Virus record (IMG/VR): IMGVR_UViG_3300029922_000007
Location: 102,170-166,169 of that record
Source: a virus
Strand: one strand, 5' to 3'
DNA: 64,000 bases
Positions 36,672 through 46,309 of the stretch are shown in pieces; the first letter of the stretch is position 1, and every line of letters begins with the position of its first letter. The position numbers were made by a program, and so were the translations under genes. The notes beneath the pieces were generated by a model. It did no database searches. It was not told the origin of the DNA and saw only the letters and a program-made list of their open reading frames with translations.

Positions 36672-37807
36672 ACTTTTCTTCCAGAATTGTGGGCTCCAGC
36701 TTCGATGCTGGATGCTGGGCTAACTACTACAAACTCTGCCAATTGGTGGTACTCTTCAATATTAAAGGCTCCAACCATAGAAAGAGAGCCTCTGAGGCCT
36801 CCTTCAATGTCCTGCAATACATCTACAGCTGAGCCCTTATGAGAGACGTAGAAAGTTTCTCCTTCTACGGCTCGGTGCTTAGCTAACTTACCTTGGTCCT
36901 CATAAGATTCTTTAGACGCACTACCGCGATATTTCTTCACCTTATCTACCTTGCCGAAAAACCAATTATTGGGGCTATTCAGTGGATCATCTCCGCCTTC
37001 ATCTTCTTTTTTGTAATGATCGGAGTTTTTTCCAGTAGCGAAATAGTTCTCTCCAGGCGTTTCCTCGCATCCCGCGAACATTCCGCCTGTCATGACAAAA
37101 TGGGCTCCAGCAGCAATAGCCTTACTGACATCGCCAGCGGTTTTCATCCCGCCATCAGCAATCATGGTCAGTCCAGCTTTTGTTACCGCACCGCGACAAT
37201 CCATAAGGGCGCTAATTTGAGGAATGCCTACGCCGGTCTTCTCTCGGGTCAAACATATTGATCCTGGGCCAATTCCGACCTTAAACCCATCGACCGTTCC
37301 AGTTCCAGCATGCTCAAGAAAGACTTCAATGGAATTACCCGTAGCAAAGTTGCCAACTACAATGCCAAAATCTTTACCAAGAATCTCTCGAAGCTGTTTT
37401 GCCTGATTTACGACTGCAATATTAGCGCCATGATTCACATCGATGACAAAAGTTGTAGCACCGACATCTCTGAGAGCTTCTGCTCGTTCAAGTTCTTTCA
37501 TCCCAAGCCCAATAGAGACCATCGGAGACCTGAGGTCGAATCCTGGCAAGGTGCTATCTTCAAACATCTTTACATTTTCTTCGATGGTTAAGAACCTATG
37601 AAGAACAGCTTGTCCCCCGTAACGGATCATCGCTTTCGCCATTTCAGGTCCTGTGATTGTATCCATATTGGCGGACAGGACTGGAAGAGTTGCGTATGGG
37701 AATCCAGACCTATTGACTGTCAGATTAACTAGTTCTCTAGAGCTAACCGTAGAGAACTTTGGGATAATATTAATATCAGAAAATGTGATGAGTTGCTTCA
37801 TTGCCAT
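36668..37807 (-). CDS. IMP dehydrogenase/GMP reductase family enzyme (no CBS domains)
   Basis: [20 protein letters not shown] (catalytic Cys), ADGG, YRGSAS, VEG, GGLRG. Confidence 0.9.
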   Translation of the reverse strand: MAMKQLITFSDINIIPKFSTVSSRELVNLTVNRSGFPYATLPVLSANMDTITGPEMAKAMIRYGGQAVLHRFLTIEENVKMFEDSTLPGFDLRSPMVSIGLGMKELERAEALRDVGATTFVIDVNHGANIAVVNQAKQLREILGKDFGIVVGNFATGNSIEVFLEHAGTGTVDGFKVGIGPGSICLTREKTGVGIPQISALMDCRGAVTKAGLTMIADGGMKTAGDVSKAIAAGAHFVMTGGMFAGCEETPGENYFATGKNSDHYKKEDEGGDDPLNSPNNWFFGKVDKVKKYRGSASKESYEDQGKLAKHRAVEGETFYVSHKGSAVDVLQDIEGGLRGSLSMVGAFNIEEYHQLAEFVVVSPASSIEAGAHNSGRKV

Positions 37808-37808
37808 A

Positions 37809-37958
37809 CTATTCTCCCTGGTTGCAAGGTCCATTACTATACTTACATAGGTCGTTAAAATTGTCCATCTTTTTACGAACTTCTGAGATCATAAGACAAA
37901 AATATATGGCCCAAACGAGGCCCATGAACAACATTGAGCTGATTCCTACCCTCTTCAT
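37809..37958 (-). CDS. Small membrane protein
   Basis: 49-aa ORF MKRVGISSMLFMGLVWAIYF..., ATGA overlap; read by eye. Confidence 0.5.
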   Translation of the reverse strand: MKRVGISSMLFMGLVWAIYFCLMISEVRKKMDNFNDLCKYSNGPCNQGE

Positions 37959-38293
37959 CGGATACTCCATTTTAAGCCGAGTTGGGCAGAGTTTGGCGTT
38001 AAGGTTGTATCTATAGAGTTAGCGATGCCAAAATTTGGCAACTTAAGGCTTAAAGTCTGAGTTTGGTAAATATGGTAAAGGTAGTAGATAGACCCAATAG
38101 TTTCTATGGTCGGCTGCCCAACGTACTTTACGGCCATATACTGGGCTCTAGACCTTCCATAGGACTCCAGCGCCCCTAAGTTCTGACTCACGCCAGTTTG
38201 CTTAAGGGTGGCCTCCATAGCCTTACTACAGGGCTGGTTGTATTGCCCTTGGATAGAGATGCAGGCATAGGTGATCATTAAAGACGTTAGCAA
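37955..38293 (-). CDS. Hypothetical protein, possibly exported
   Basis: Hydrophobic N-terminus; beta-like C-terminus. Confidence 0.6.
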   Translation of the reverse strand: MLTSLMITYACISIQGQYNQPCSKAMEATLKQTGVSQNLGALESYGRSRAQYMAVKYVGQPTIETIGSIYYLYHIYQTQTLSLKLPNFGIANSIDTTLTPNSAQLGLKWSIR

Positions 38294-38442
38294 TTCTGTT
38301 CTTCCATTAGTTGTTCGAAGGTTTCCAGGTAGTGATCTCTTTCCTCTGGATCCTCAACGAAGTTAATAAGCTCTGAGAGATTCCTCATAGCCTCTTTAGG
38401 GGTAAGTTCACCTTTATTCCAAGATACGCAGACAAGACACAT
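38287..38442 (-). CDS. Hypothetical protein
   Basis: 51-aa ORF MCLVCVSWNKGELTPKEAMRNL...; read by eye. Confidence 0.55.
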   Translation of the reverse strand: MCLVCVSWNKGELTPKEAMRNLSELINFVEDPEERDHYLETFEQLMEEQNC

Positions 38443-38444
38443 AG

Positions 38445-38927
38445 CTATCTCCTGAATCCTTCGAGATCTTTTTCTGTTATATAATTAACTCTAGCCACAT
38501 TAGCCTCTTCTTCTGTTGGGTAGCAGCCAATATGGACTCTGTCCTTATTCACTTTTATAGAGGCTATCCAGACTCTATTTGCCGAACTAAAATGTACTCC
38601 TACATACTTAGATGTAGATCCCCTTCTTGAACTTCTGTTTCTGTTCTGCTGAAGTCTATCAGAGGGCCTAAGATTGTCTTTTCTGTTGTCTGTTTTATTA
38701 CCATTTATGTGGTCAATTTCTTGGTCCGTTTTTAGTACTTCTCTATGCATATAAATAGTATTTCGACAACCATTATCCCTTCTTTCCTTAGCGGAAGAAG
38801 TTCTTTGGGCGTATCCGTGTCCTGGTTTCTTTTCATTGTAGTGCCATTTATATTGGGACAATCTCTCGTAGTCGTCATCGTCTACGATAGCCTCTCTTCC
38901 CTGGCTCAATTTTATGGTTTTTGACAT
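38445..38927 (-). CDS. HNH endonuclease with AP2 domain
   Basis: YMHREV..IDHINGNKTDNRKDNLR; SKYVGV..W.A.I..HIG.Y.TEEEA..A. Confidence 0.9.
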   Translation of the reverse strand: MSKTIKLSQGREAIVDDDDYERLSQYKWHYNEKKPGHGYAQRTSSAKERRDNGCRNTIYMHREVLKTDQEIDHINGNKTDNRKDNLRPSDRLQQNRNRSSRRGSTSKYVGVHFSSANRVWIASIKVNKDRVHIGCYPTEEEANVARVNYITEKDLEGFRR

Positions 38928-38930
38928 AAT

Positions 38931-39203
38931 TTAGTCGTAAGTCCTTATTAGATAAGGATAATCGTCATCGTTTTTATCGTCATCGTCGTTTGGCGGCTCT
39001 TCTAAGATGATCTCTTTGGTCTTTTCTTCGTATGGAGTAGTTCCAGCGTAGTAGTCAATGCTATTGGAGATATCCTGTACTGTCAAATGTTTTCGATCCT
39101 TACACTTAACGCAGGAAGTATACTTAGAGGGAGCGTATTCTATCTTATCTTGATGTCCGCAATAGTTACAGTTAATTAAAAAGTTTGGCACAATTGAATC
39201 CAA
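38931..39203 (-). CDS. Hypothetical Zn-ribbon protein
   Basis: CxxC...CxxC, acidic tail. Confidence 0.6.
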   Translation of the reverse strand: MDSIVPNFLINCNYCGHQDKIEYAPSKYTSCVKCKDRKHLTVQDISNSIDYYAGTTPYEEKTKEIILEEPPNDDDDKNDDDYPYLIRTYD

Positions 39204-39516
39204 ACTTCTTCATCAGATCCATACCGTGGGATAAGCTAAGACTCTCTACAACGCCATTAAAATCTCTATGTCTCCTGGCCTGCTCGTAGATTCTACCTTT
39301 GAAGTAATCCGGACAGATATATTCGGCCCTCCGAATGAGCCGATCGCCTTCTTCTTCCATATAGAGTCCATAGTAGTCATGGGCTAGACATGTGAATCCC
39401 TTAGCTGCATCTTCTGGATTTACAGTCTCCCTGTGATTATCGAACCACAGCTCCAGACCTTCGAGTTCCTTAATCAGAGCTTGATCCTTTTTGGGAATAT
39501 CGCCGTATGTTTTCAT
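39172..39516 (-). CDS. Hypothetical protein
   Basis: Operon-like overlap. Confidence 0.65.
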   Translation of the reverse strand: MKTYGDIPKKDQALIKELEGLELWFDNHRETVNPEDAAKGFTCLAHDYYGLYMEEEGDRLIRRAEYICPDYFKGRIYEQARRHRDFNGVVESLSLSHGMDLMKKFGFNCAKLFN

Positions 39517-39776
39517 TCGACTTCGAGACCGTCCGTGAAAAAATCTACGCGACCAGACACATTGGTGACGCTGAAATCAATCCAATGTCCGGAACTGTGG
39601 CTGGCATAGTCCGGGTATTTTTTAAGAAACTTATCTATAAAAGTTCCCAAAGCTTTAGTCGTACTAAACTTTTTAATCTTTGGAGAGCTATCTTCAACAT
39701 ACATAAGGAGATGATAAGGCAAAACTTTAGGATGCTTTGTCTTAGACTTCAGTTTTTTAGGCTTATGAGTTTTCAT
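39513..39776 (-). CDS. Hypothetical protein
   Basis: ATGA overlap. Confidence 0.65.
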   Translation of the reverse strand: MKTHKPKKLKSKTKHPKVLPYHLLMYVEDSSPKIKKFSTTKALGTFIDKFLKKYPDYASHSSGHWIDFSVTNVSGRVDFFTDGLEVE

Positions 39777-40182
39777 TTTTGTCCTTTGTGATTAAACGGG
39801 CTTTGGGCATGAATTCAGAGGGTTGCAAATCGTCGTATAGCCAGACGGGCTTACTGATTACCACGTCTACGTACTGTTCTAGCTTAAGGGTTCGTACCGC
39901 TGTCTCGGCCCAGTCGTATCCACCCGAACTCCAGACCACTACGGTATGATGGCGAAGTCGATGCTTCTTAAGCTGTTCGATTTGGGGCCAATTAGGGACG
40001 AGTAGTTCGGACCATTCTCCAGCAAATCCAATTTCGCTGCCGTCTTCGGGGTCGTAAACCATTGAACCTGGGCAGGTAAATAGAACGCCGTTCTTTTCCT
40101 TATCCTCTTGGGTGGAGTCCCAGTCTAGAATAGTCGAGTCAACATCACAATATACGATACGGTTTCCTGGAATCACAATCAT
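39763..40182 (-). CDS. HAD-superfamily phosphatase
   Basis: YCDVDSTI, VVWSSGG, KP..YDD. Confidence 0.8.
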   Translation of the reverse strand: MIVIPGNRIVYCDVDSTILDWDSTQEDKEKNGVLFTCPGSMVYDPEDGSEIGFAGEWSELLVPNWPQIEQLKKHRLRHHTVVVWSSGGYDWAETAVRTLKLEQYVDVVISKPVWLYDDLQPSEFMPKARLITKDKNENS

Positions 40183-40189
40183 AGGCTAC

Positions 40190-40218
40190 AGGATAAACTA
40201 AAATGATAGCCATGTCAA
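40190..40218 (-). promoter_or_regulatory. Sigma70-type promoter (leaderless)
   Basis: TTGACA-17-TATCCT; ATG follows after 7 nt. Confidence 0.75.
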
Positions 40219-40221
40219 TAG

Positions 40222-43200
40222 CTAAATATCACAATTTCCAGAAGAACAGGCTAGAGACTTAGCTCCTTCCGTATTGTCTTCTTTTTCGTATGTACTTAAC
40301 TTAGAATAGTCCAGTTTAGGGAATGCTTTAGATAGCTTATGGAATTCTTCCTCTGTAATAGACTCATACGGGGCCTGCTCGTAAACATTGTCTTCGTGAG
40401 GCAAAAAAGATACTCCGTTGACAATATCCCAATTTTTGTAAACCCAATCCCCAACTGCAAGCCAGTCCTCGTTCTTTACATAGACCGTAATAGAGGCATT
40501 ATGTTCACACCAATTCTTTTGAACTTTCTTATAGTGTTCGAGCTGTTGGATGGCCGTAACATCTTCTACTGTGATGGCGTTTTTAGGGGCTGCAATTGGA
40601 AAGGATACTACCCAAGTGGACACCTTATCTTGAGACCATCCAGTATTGTCGAACATAGGGCAAATGGACTTTGCCTGTCTCATGGCCTCTGCTTTGCTTT
40701 CGATAGAGTCGTAGATCTTAAAGGCCTTAACGTAGTCTTGTTTGCGTTGACCATTTTCTGGGGACACGGGGCACCCTTGGTCTCTAATCATCCTAAAGAG
40801 TGGGTCGTTTGCAGAAATGCGGTACCTACGAATGTAGAATTTTGAGAAGCGAGGATGGAGCCCAGAGGCAGAGTCTACCAGTTGTGAGACCGTGTTGTGG
40901 CTTCTAACCGATCCATTGTAATACTGATGTTCTCCGCCGACTTCGATATCGAAAGTTTCTTTTTGTCCAATAGATCGAACGTTAGAAACAACTCCTGAAA
41001 CGTTTAAGGATTCCTTATTGTCTCTTTCAAAAAACCATCTACCTTCGTTAATAGTGTCAATGCTAGACATCTTATTGCTGTTCCTAATAAGGGTCTTACA
41101 AGATCCATTATCCGATATGGCCGCAATGGACATTAAGTACATTTCTTTATTTTTTTGTAAGTTTTTACCTTTATCATTTAAGGATCTTCCTAGACAAATA
41201 CCAACAGACCAAGCTACGTGCTGCAAATGCTTTGAAAAATTTTTATCTGCGGTGGTTATCATAGCTCTTTTTACTCCATCCTTATCTACTCCGGACCAAC
41301 CATCGGAGTCGATTAGGCCAGAAATAAAAGCGATTATATCATTTTTAGATGACATCCTAACGCATTTTGGGACAATATCTAACTTATCGGAAAAATATTT
41401 CCATACATCGTTTTTTATGAACCAGTGCCAAAGCATCTTGGATGAAATGTCTAAAGTAAGGGCCTTTCTATGTTCGCTAGCTTTATGAAGTTTGCTTTCT
41501 ATTCCGAATGTTTCTTTTAATACTCTCTGGGCCTTTTCAAGATTGAATACGTGTTCGTCGATAAAGCGAATCCTATACTTGATAGGACTCATGGCTCCAT
41601 CACCCCAGAGATAGCCTAGAAGCCAACAGAGATCCTCCGTCAATTCATTGGGCTGAATAATGGAGTCGTGATCTCCTCTCATTTTTAGGGCTCTAGAGTC
41701 TAATTTTAGTAATTTAGAATGTTTTTCTGAATCGTATAAGTTGGGATCAATCTGCAAAACATGGTTCTCTGAAATATGTTTGGTTTCCATCCATTCATTA
41801 ATCGGCTCGATTCCACTCCTACCTTTTCCGATTTTTTTACCCACCACGAACCATTTGTGGTTGGGTGTGCTCTGAACTGAGAGGCCATAGGACATAGTGA
41901 TTTCCACGACTTCAGAGATACCGTTATCGTAAGTTTTAGTTATCCATTGTTCTTCATCTTTACAGACAACGGCCACATTTTTGTTAAACTTAGACCACTG
42001 TTCTCCGTCGATATGGCCCTCAAACAATTCTTCTAATGTAAGGATTCCAGTGCTCGTTGTTGTTAATGCGTCCCACGGGCGACAGCCGCTGGGCTTCACG
42101 CAGGTAATAGCGGTAGGCATAGGAATACCCATCGTTTCAGAGGCCTTCTTAGCGACCTTAATAGCCTTAGACTTGTAGGCCTTGAGAGCAGCATCAGTAC
42201 ATACATCGAGATTGTCGAATTGTCCGGTGATAGAGACCCCCAAAAGACGTTCTTCATCGCAGTTTTCTTTCCAGGAACTGCTAAGATTTGGAAAATTGGT
42301 AAAACAAGATTGAAGAATGCCCATCCAAACGGCTGTTTCTACCTTTTCAAGCATGGTCTCAATGTCGTCTTCCGCGCGAGCTACTATTTCAGATAAATTG
42401 CAGAATTCTTTTGAGCGAAGTAAAATTTCTGAACACGGGTTAACTCCTTGAATTAACTCGGCTTTTCTACGTTTAGGCGCCATCTTTTTTGCTGTTTCTA
42501 GATTGCAAATACCACGTTCGCCAGATCCAGAAGCGGCTAGGGCGGTCCATTCCTTCATGAATGTGATCAAAGTTGGCTTCTTATGGTATACCGCTGAATT
42601 ATTGGACATATAGCGTCTAACGGGAAAGTTTCCACTCTTAGAGTCTCGCATAAGGACATCGTCCAAATCAGACAGGCTAATCTCTGAACTTCTGCGGACT
42701 CCACCTACCACTACGATTTGAGCGATCTCATTTAGGATATCGTGACATTCCAGAGAAGTAAGCTTACGACCTCTGGCACCGTGAAATGTGTCCCTAATGA
42801 AGGAGTGCAACTGGGCAAGAGGTGCTGGACCAGAAGAACGCCCTCCCATGGTTTTTAGGCGTGCTCCTGCAGGACGGAGTTGATTATAGTCATGGGTAAA
42901 GTCTTGACCAGCGTATAGGGAGTAGATGTGATCCCTGACCGAATTAGACCAGCCAACACGGGAGTCTTCTACGACGTGAACTTTTTCGGTAAGATGGATG
43001 TCCTTGGGCACTTCAGGTAATAGAGAGGTGTATTTATTCTCAACGGAGAATCCGTATCCAGTTCCACACATAAGGATATATAGAGCTTCATGGAAAGCGT
43101 CAATGCTATCTACAGCCGCAAAGGCACAGTTATAGATAGTGACATTATCAGCCATTGCAGGAGCACCAGCAGCCCAAAGGAACCGCATAGATGGCATAAC

Positions 43201-43404
43201 TTCAAAATTAAGGACTTTTTCTTGAATCTTTTTAAGTACTTTAGGTGGGATCTTATCTCCGAGATTAGATTTTAGAAAATCGACATATCTCTGTACGGTT
43301 TGTGGCCAAAACTCTCGGCAGCCCTGCTCTTCAAGCCAACGAGAATAAGAACGAACGTAAACAAATTCGGCAGCTGGACTACGAAACATTTGTGCTCCTG
43401 GCAT
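40222..43404 (-). CDS. nrdJ: Class II (B12-dependent) ribonucleotide reductase with intein
   Basis: MPSMR, YNCAF, GGVRRS, GVNPCSEI, CVKPSG|TVSQL, HNASITV, C-terminal ACSSGNCDI. Confidence 0.9.
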   Translation of the reverse strand: MPGAQMFRSPAAEFVYVRSYSRWLEEQGCREFWPQTVQRYVDFLKSNLGDKIPPKVLKKIQEKVLNFEVMPSMRFLWAAGAPAMADNVTIYNCAFAAVDSIDAFHEALYILMCGTGYGFSVENKYTSLLPEVPKDIHLTEKVHVVEDSRVGWSNSVRDHIYSLYAGQDFTHDYNQLRPAGARLKTMGGRSSGPAPLAQLHSFIRDTFHGARGRKLTSLECHDILNEIAQIVVVGGVRRSSEISLSDLDDVLMRDSKSGNFPVRRYMSNNSAVYHKKPTLITFMKEWTALAASGSGERGICNLETAKKMAPKRRKAELIQGVNPCSEILLRSKEFCNLSEIVARAEDDIETMLEKVETAVWMGILQSCFTNFPNLSSSWKENCDEERLLGVSITGQFDNLDVCTDAALKAYKSKAIKVAKKASETMGIPMPTAITCVKPSGCRPWDALTTTSTGILTLEELFEGHIDGEQWSKFNKNVAVVCKDEEQWITKTYDNGISEVVEITMSYGLSVQSTPNHKWFVVGKKIGKGRSGIEPINEWMETKHISENHVLQIDPNLYDSEKHSKLLKLDSRALKMRGDHDSIIQPNELTEDLCWLLGYLWGDGAMSPIKYRIRFIDEHVFNLEKAQRVLKETFGIESKLHKASEHRKALTLDISSKMLWHWFIKNDVWKYFSDKLDIVPKCVRMSSKNDIIAFISGLIDSDGWSGVDKDGVKRAMITTADKNFSKHLQHVAWSVGICLGRSLNDKGKNLQKNKEMYLMSIAAISDNGSCKTLIRNSNKMSSIDTINEGRWFFERDNKESLNVSGVVSNVRSIGQKETFDIEVGGEHQYYNGSVRSHNTVSQLVDSASGLHPRFSKFYIRRYRISANDPLFRMIRDQGCPVSPENGQRKQDYVKAFKIYDSIESKAEAMRQAKSICPMFDNTGWSQDKVSTWVVSFPIAAPKNAITVEDVTAIQQLEHYKKVQKNWCEHNASITVYVKNEDWLAVGDWVYKNWDIVNGVSFLPHEDNVYEQAPYESITEEEFHKLSKAFPKLDYSKLSTYEKEDNTEGAKSLACSSGNCDI
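40894..42084 (-). mobile_element. Intein with LAGLIDADG endonuclease (397 aa)
   Basis: Starts with C after KPSG; block B TPNHKW; LLGYLWGDG and FISGLIDSDG; ends SHN before T+1. Confidence 0.9.
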
Positions 43405-43418
43405 GGTGTGGTTACGAA

Positions 43419-43727
43419 CTACTTATTCAAAAGTTCTTTGATCTTGTTACTAACTATATCAGAGTTTTCTTTCATGGCGCGAGAAAAATATGTGCTCATG
43501 AAAATAGCATTAACCACAATGCAAACTCCTTGATATCCAACGACAATTCCTGGATCTGAGTCTACAAATAGTGCTGCACCTACCAATAGACAGACGAGAT
43601 TGGCAGCAAATAGTCCAAGTCCAGCCTTCATGGATGCCCAAAGAAGTCGATTTCTGGCTTTAGTTACGGTCTCTTGCAATTCTTTTTTCTGTTCTGGCGT
43701 GAAATTGTCAAAATTGGGATTATCCAT
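43419..43727 (-). CDS. Membrane protein (2 TM)
   Basis: Two hydrophobic segments. Confidence 0.7.
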   Translation of the reverse strand: MDNPNFDNFTPEQKKELQETVTKARNRLLWASMKAGLGLFAANLVCLLVGAALFVDSDPGIVVGYQGVCIVVNAIFMSTYFSRAMKENSDIVSNKIKELLNK

Positions 43728-43728
43728 G

Positions 43729-44313
43729 TCAATCCCACCAACTTCTCAGGTGGTTCTGCAGAATGGAGTACATCCAGCGTTCCTCTCTTTTCATCCTGAT
43801 ATCTGCAAGTCGATATTGTTCTTTAGTTTCTTCCCAGCATTGAGCTTCTAATTCTGGAGTTGGAGCGCCAGCCCTACTGCTATGCATTTTGGATGTACCA
43901 TGCTCATTAGGCTCAAACCATATCTTTGATTCGCCCCACTTCTTAACTATGCGAGCGTGTCCTACTGATTCATAGTGTTCGTCTTTGAGTCTTCCTGCAA
44001 GCTTGATAGCGAGGCTAAGCGCCTTCATGTCCTTAGGTTCCTGGTAGGCGTGACCGTTCTCCAGAACTTTCTTGACCCGTTTCAGTTTAAATTCAATGAT
44101 AGCAAACAGGGAATGACCATCGAAGTCGAAATCGTACCTAAATACATTGAGATACCACTCGACCAGGCGTTTGACTTGAAAATATGGATTGCCAAAGAAT
44201 TTCCATGTAAAGTGATAATAGTGCCTAGAAAATCTGGTACCGATCCACCACAAATACAGCTTAGAGGATTCTTTTTCTTCTGGAAAATCTTTTAGTGCTT
44301 GACTTTGTAGCAT
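43729..44313 (-). CDS. Hypothetical protein
   Basis: 194-aa ORF ending in SWWD. Confidence 0.7.
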   Translation of the reverse strand: MLQSQALKDFPEEKESSKLYLWWIGTRFSRHYYHFTWKFFGNPYFQVKRLVEWYLNVFRYDFDFDGHSLFAIIEFKLKRVKKVLENGHAYQEPKDMKALSLAIKLAGRLKDEHYESVGHARIVKKWGESKIWFEPNEHGTSKMHSSRAGAPTPELEAQCWEETKEQYRLADIRMKREERWMYSILQNHLRSWWD

Positions 44314-44314
44314 T

Positions 44315-44473
44315 TTAGTCTTCTTTCAGATGGTTACGTAGAGACATCATACAAAATCTGGCAGTAGTTTCGGCCCATTCATCGTTTGCATCGGTCAAGG
44401 CCTTAATGTGAACTAGCCATTCTGCTCTGAGGGGCTCTAGACCGTGCTTTTCTACCCATTCATCCAGGGTCAT
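44315..44473 (-). CDS. Hypothetical protein
   Basis: 52-aa ORF MTLDEWVEKHG...; read by eye. Confidence 0.55.
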   Translation of the reverse strand: MTLDEWVEKHGLEPLRAEWLVHIKALTDANDEWAETTARFCMMSLRNHLKED

Positions 44474-44658
44474 TTTCTGTCCTTTACCCGAAGCATAACC
44501 ATTTTAACGTATTCGTGCATCTTTTCCGTATTCGCTTTCTCTTCAACCAATAGCTTCGCGAACTTCTCGGCAGCTCTGGTCGGATCGTTAAGTTCAAGCC
44601 ATTCCATGAGGAAGACCTGCTCTTCTGCGGTCAAGTAAATACGGTCGTTCATTGGCAC
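44470..44658 (-). CDS. Hypothetical protein
   Basis: Tight operon packing. Confidence 0.6.
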   Translation of the reverse strand: MPMNDRIYLTAEEQVFLMEWLELNDPTRAAEKFAKLLVEEKANTEKMHEYVKMVMLRVKDRK

Positions 44659-44807
44659 TCACTATCTTCTTCGTGCTCTTTAGCTTCTTTATCTTCAAGA
44701 TAGCACTGATAACAAGGCTTATCGCCTGCCTCACTCAAGAGATCATCACCAGGATAGGTCTGAAAAACGCGTTCGTTATTGCAAATCCAGCAAATCAAGT
44801 TGTTCAT
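44649..44807 (-). CDS. Small Zn-finger protein
   Basis: MNNLICWIC...PCYQC; read by eye. Confidence 0.55.
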   Translation of the reverse strand: MNNLICWICNNERVFQTYPGDDLLSEAGDKPCYQCYLEDKEAKEHEEDSECQ

Positions 44808-44810
44808 ATT

Positions 44811-44990
44811 TTACTTAGTGGGTACAGCCTTAAGCTCTTCAATACTCCGATTTACGGCATCTAATTCGCGTTGCAAGAACTGGCGATACTGTTCTGGGTG
44901 CTTCTGATGCTTTGAAGGCGTTGGAGACGTAAGCTTGTTCTTAACTCCGTCTTGGTACTTTGAGAGACTCTTCAGCTTTTCCTTAGACAT
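44811..44990 (-). CDS. Hypothetical protein
   Basis: TG-T-TATAAT and AAGGA SD upstream; MSKEKLKSL... Confidence 0.6.
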   Translation of the reverse strand: MSKEKLKSLSKYQDGVKNKLTSPTPSKHQKHPEQYRQFLQRELDAVNRSIEELKAVPTK

Positions 44991-45095
44991 TTTTATCCTT
45001 TTTATTATAACAAGTTAGGCAATAGTAGACACTAAAAACTTCACCGTTCAAGACCATATGAGTTCCGACTTCAGACTCCTGACCGCATTGACAGT

Positions 45096-45458
45096 TCATT
45101 TTTTACTCTTTTTCTTCTTCTTCTTAGACTTTTTCTTAGATTTCTTTTTGGACTTCTTTTCCTTAATTGGAGCTTCTGCGCCAGTCTCGTCCCAATAGAA
45201 TGTTGGCATAGGATTGGACCAATTTGGTGGTCCTTCGACAGCAGCCTCGATTTTAGCGTAAAGATCTTCCTCTAATTGAGCTGCGAGTCCAAGCATTGCG
45301 GGACACTTATCGAGGGCCTGTTCGACCAGTTTTTCTAATTCTGGAACGTAGCCTTCATCCAAGACTACTTCCTGATCTTTGGACCAGAGAAAATAACTCA
45401 GCCAGGATCCAAAAACTACGAGGCAGCTCAAAAACACGATCTTCTGATGCAAGGTCAT
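45096..45458 (-). CDS. Membrane-anchored protein with Lys-rich tail
   Basis: N-terminal TM segment; (KKSK)n C-terminus. Confidence 0.65.
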   Translation of the reverse strand: MTLHQKIVFLSCLVVFGSWLSYFLWSKDQEVVLDEGYVPELEKLVEQALDKCPAMLGLAAQLEEDLYAKIEAAVEGPPNWSNPMPTFYWDETGAEAPIKEKKSKKKSKKKSKKKKKKSKK

Positions 45459-45462
45459 ACTT

Positions 45463-45675
45463 TTACTCCAAAATCAAGATACGAACATTACCTTCGTTAT
45501 CATTACAGGTCAAGTAGCCATTTTGGCGGGCGGTCCTAATGTACCCTTGAGTATATTCGTTATCTTGGCCACAGAGATATTCCCAAACGCCACGAAGCTG
45601 CCAATTGTATCTACGATCACGATCATAAATAAGATAGAAGGTATTGTCTTCAGGACGCCTACGAAGTGACCACAT
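45463..45675 (-). CDS. Hypothetical protein
   Basis: Operon packing. Confidence 0.55.
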   Translation of the reverse strand: MWSLRRRPEDNTFYLIYDRDRRYNWQLRGVWEYLCGQDNEYTQGYIRTARQNGYLTCNDNEGNVRILILE

Positions 45676-45831
45676 ATTACGTCTCCCTCAGAAATGCCAA
45701 GTATGGATCGTCTTGGACTGGATTGCAGTTTGGGCAAAGATTTCGATTGTGAGCCTTGGGAATAGGAACTCCGTCATTGGAATGGACTGCATTTAATTCT
45801 GGGCATTCATTTTCTTTAGATTGTTCCGTAT

Positions 45832-46278
45832 TCACGCTAGTTCCTTCATTTGGCACCAACCGGAGTGCTGGTTAGATCCTACCTTATGAGCGCCACATTC
45901 GCAAGTAGATTTGTAGGGAGTAATGTTAACGGTGATATTCGGCCAAGACGCATCTTGCTGCGTGCCGGGGAATGAGATCCTATGGTTGCCAGGTGTTGAA
46001 GAGATTTGGCCGCTTACGTTCAGGTAAACGGGAGTTGCGGGATTGGGAAGTGGAATAAAAAGTCCGGTGCAGTCCTTGATTACTTTCCCATTGTGCCAAA
46101 CATAAACGGATTTTGAGATTTTCTGTGAAAAAGAAAGAAGGGGGCCGGACAGAAAATCATTTTTGGTAGAAGCGGGGTGTCCAAATCTATATCCCGGATC
46201 TTGGGTATCGCTGCTAATGCAGTAATTAGGGTCTACGGTCCAAATCTTGGTTTGGAATTCCTGTTCGGTACAATTCAT
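45832..46278 (-). CDS. Hypothetical protein with C-terminal CECG..HSxWC motif
   Basis: Leaderless from TTGACC-17-TAATCT (46285-46313). Confidence 0.7.
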   Translation of the reverse strand: MNCTEQEFQTKIWTVDPNYCISSDTQDPGYRFGHPASTKNDFLSGPLLSFSQKISKSVYVWHNGKVIKDCTGLFIPLPNPATPVYLNVSGQISSTPGNHRISFPGTQQDASWPNITVNITPYKSTCECGAHKVGSNQHSGWCQMKELA

Positions 46279-46309
46279 GTCCTGAGATTACCAAAGGATA
46301 GGGTGAAGG

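Noticed and set aside
34494-40182. MazG plus phosphatases as a modified-base (e.g. dZ) pathway
   Set aside because: No PurZ-like or other base-modification enzyme is present in this window.
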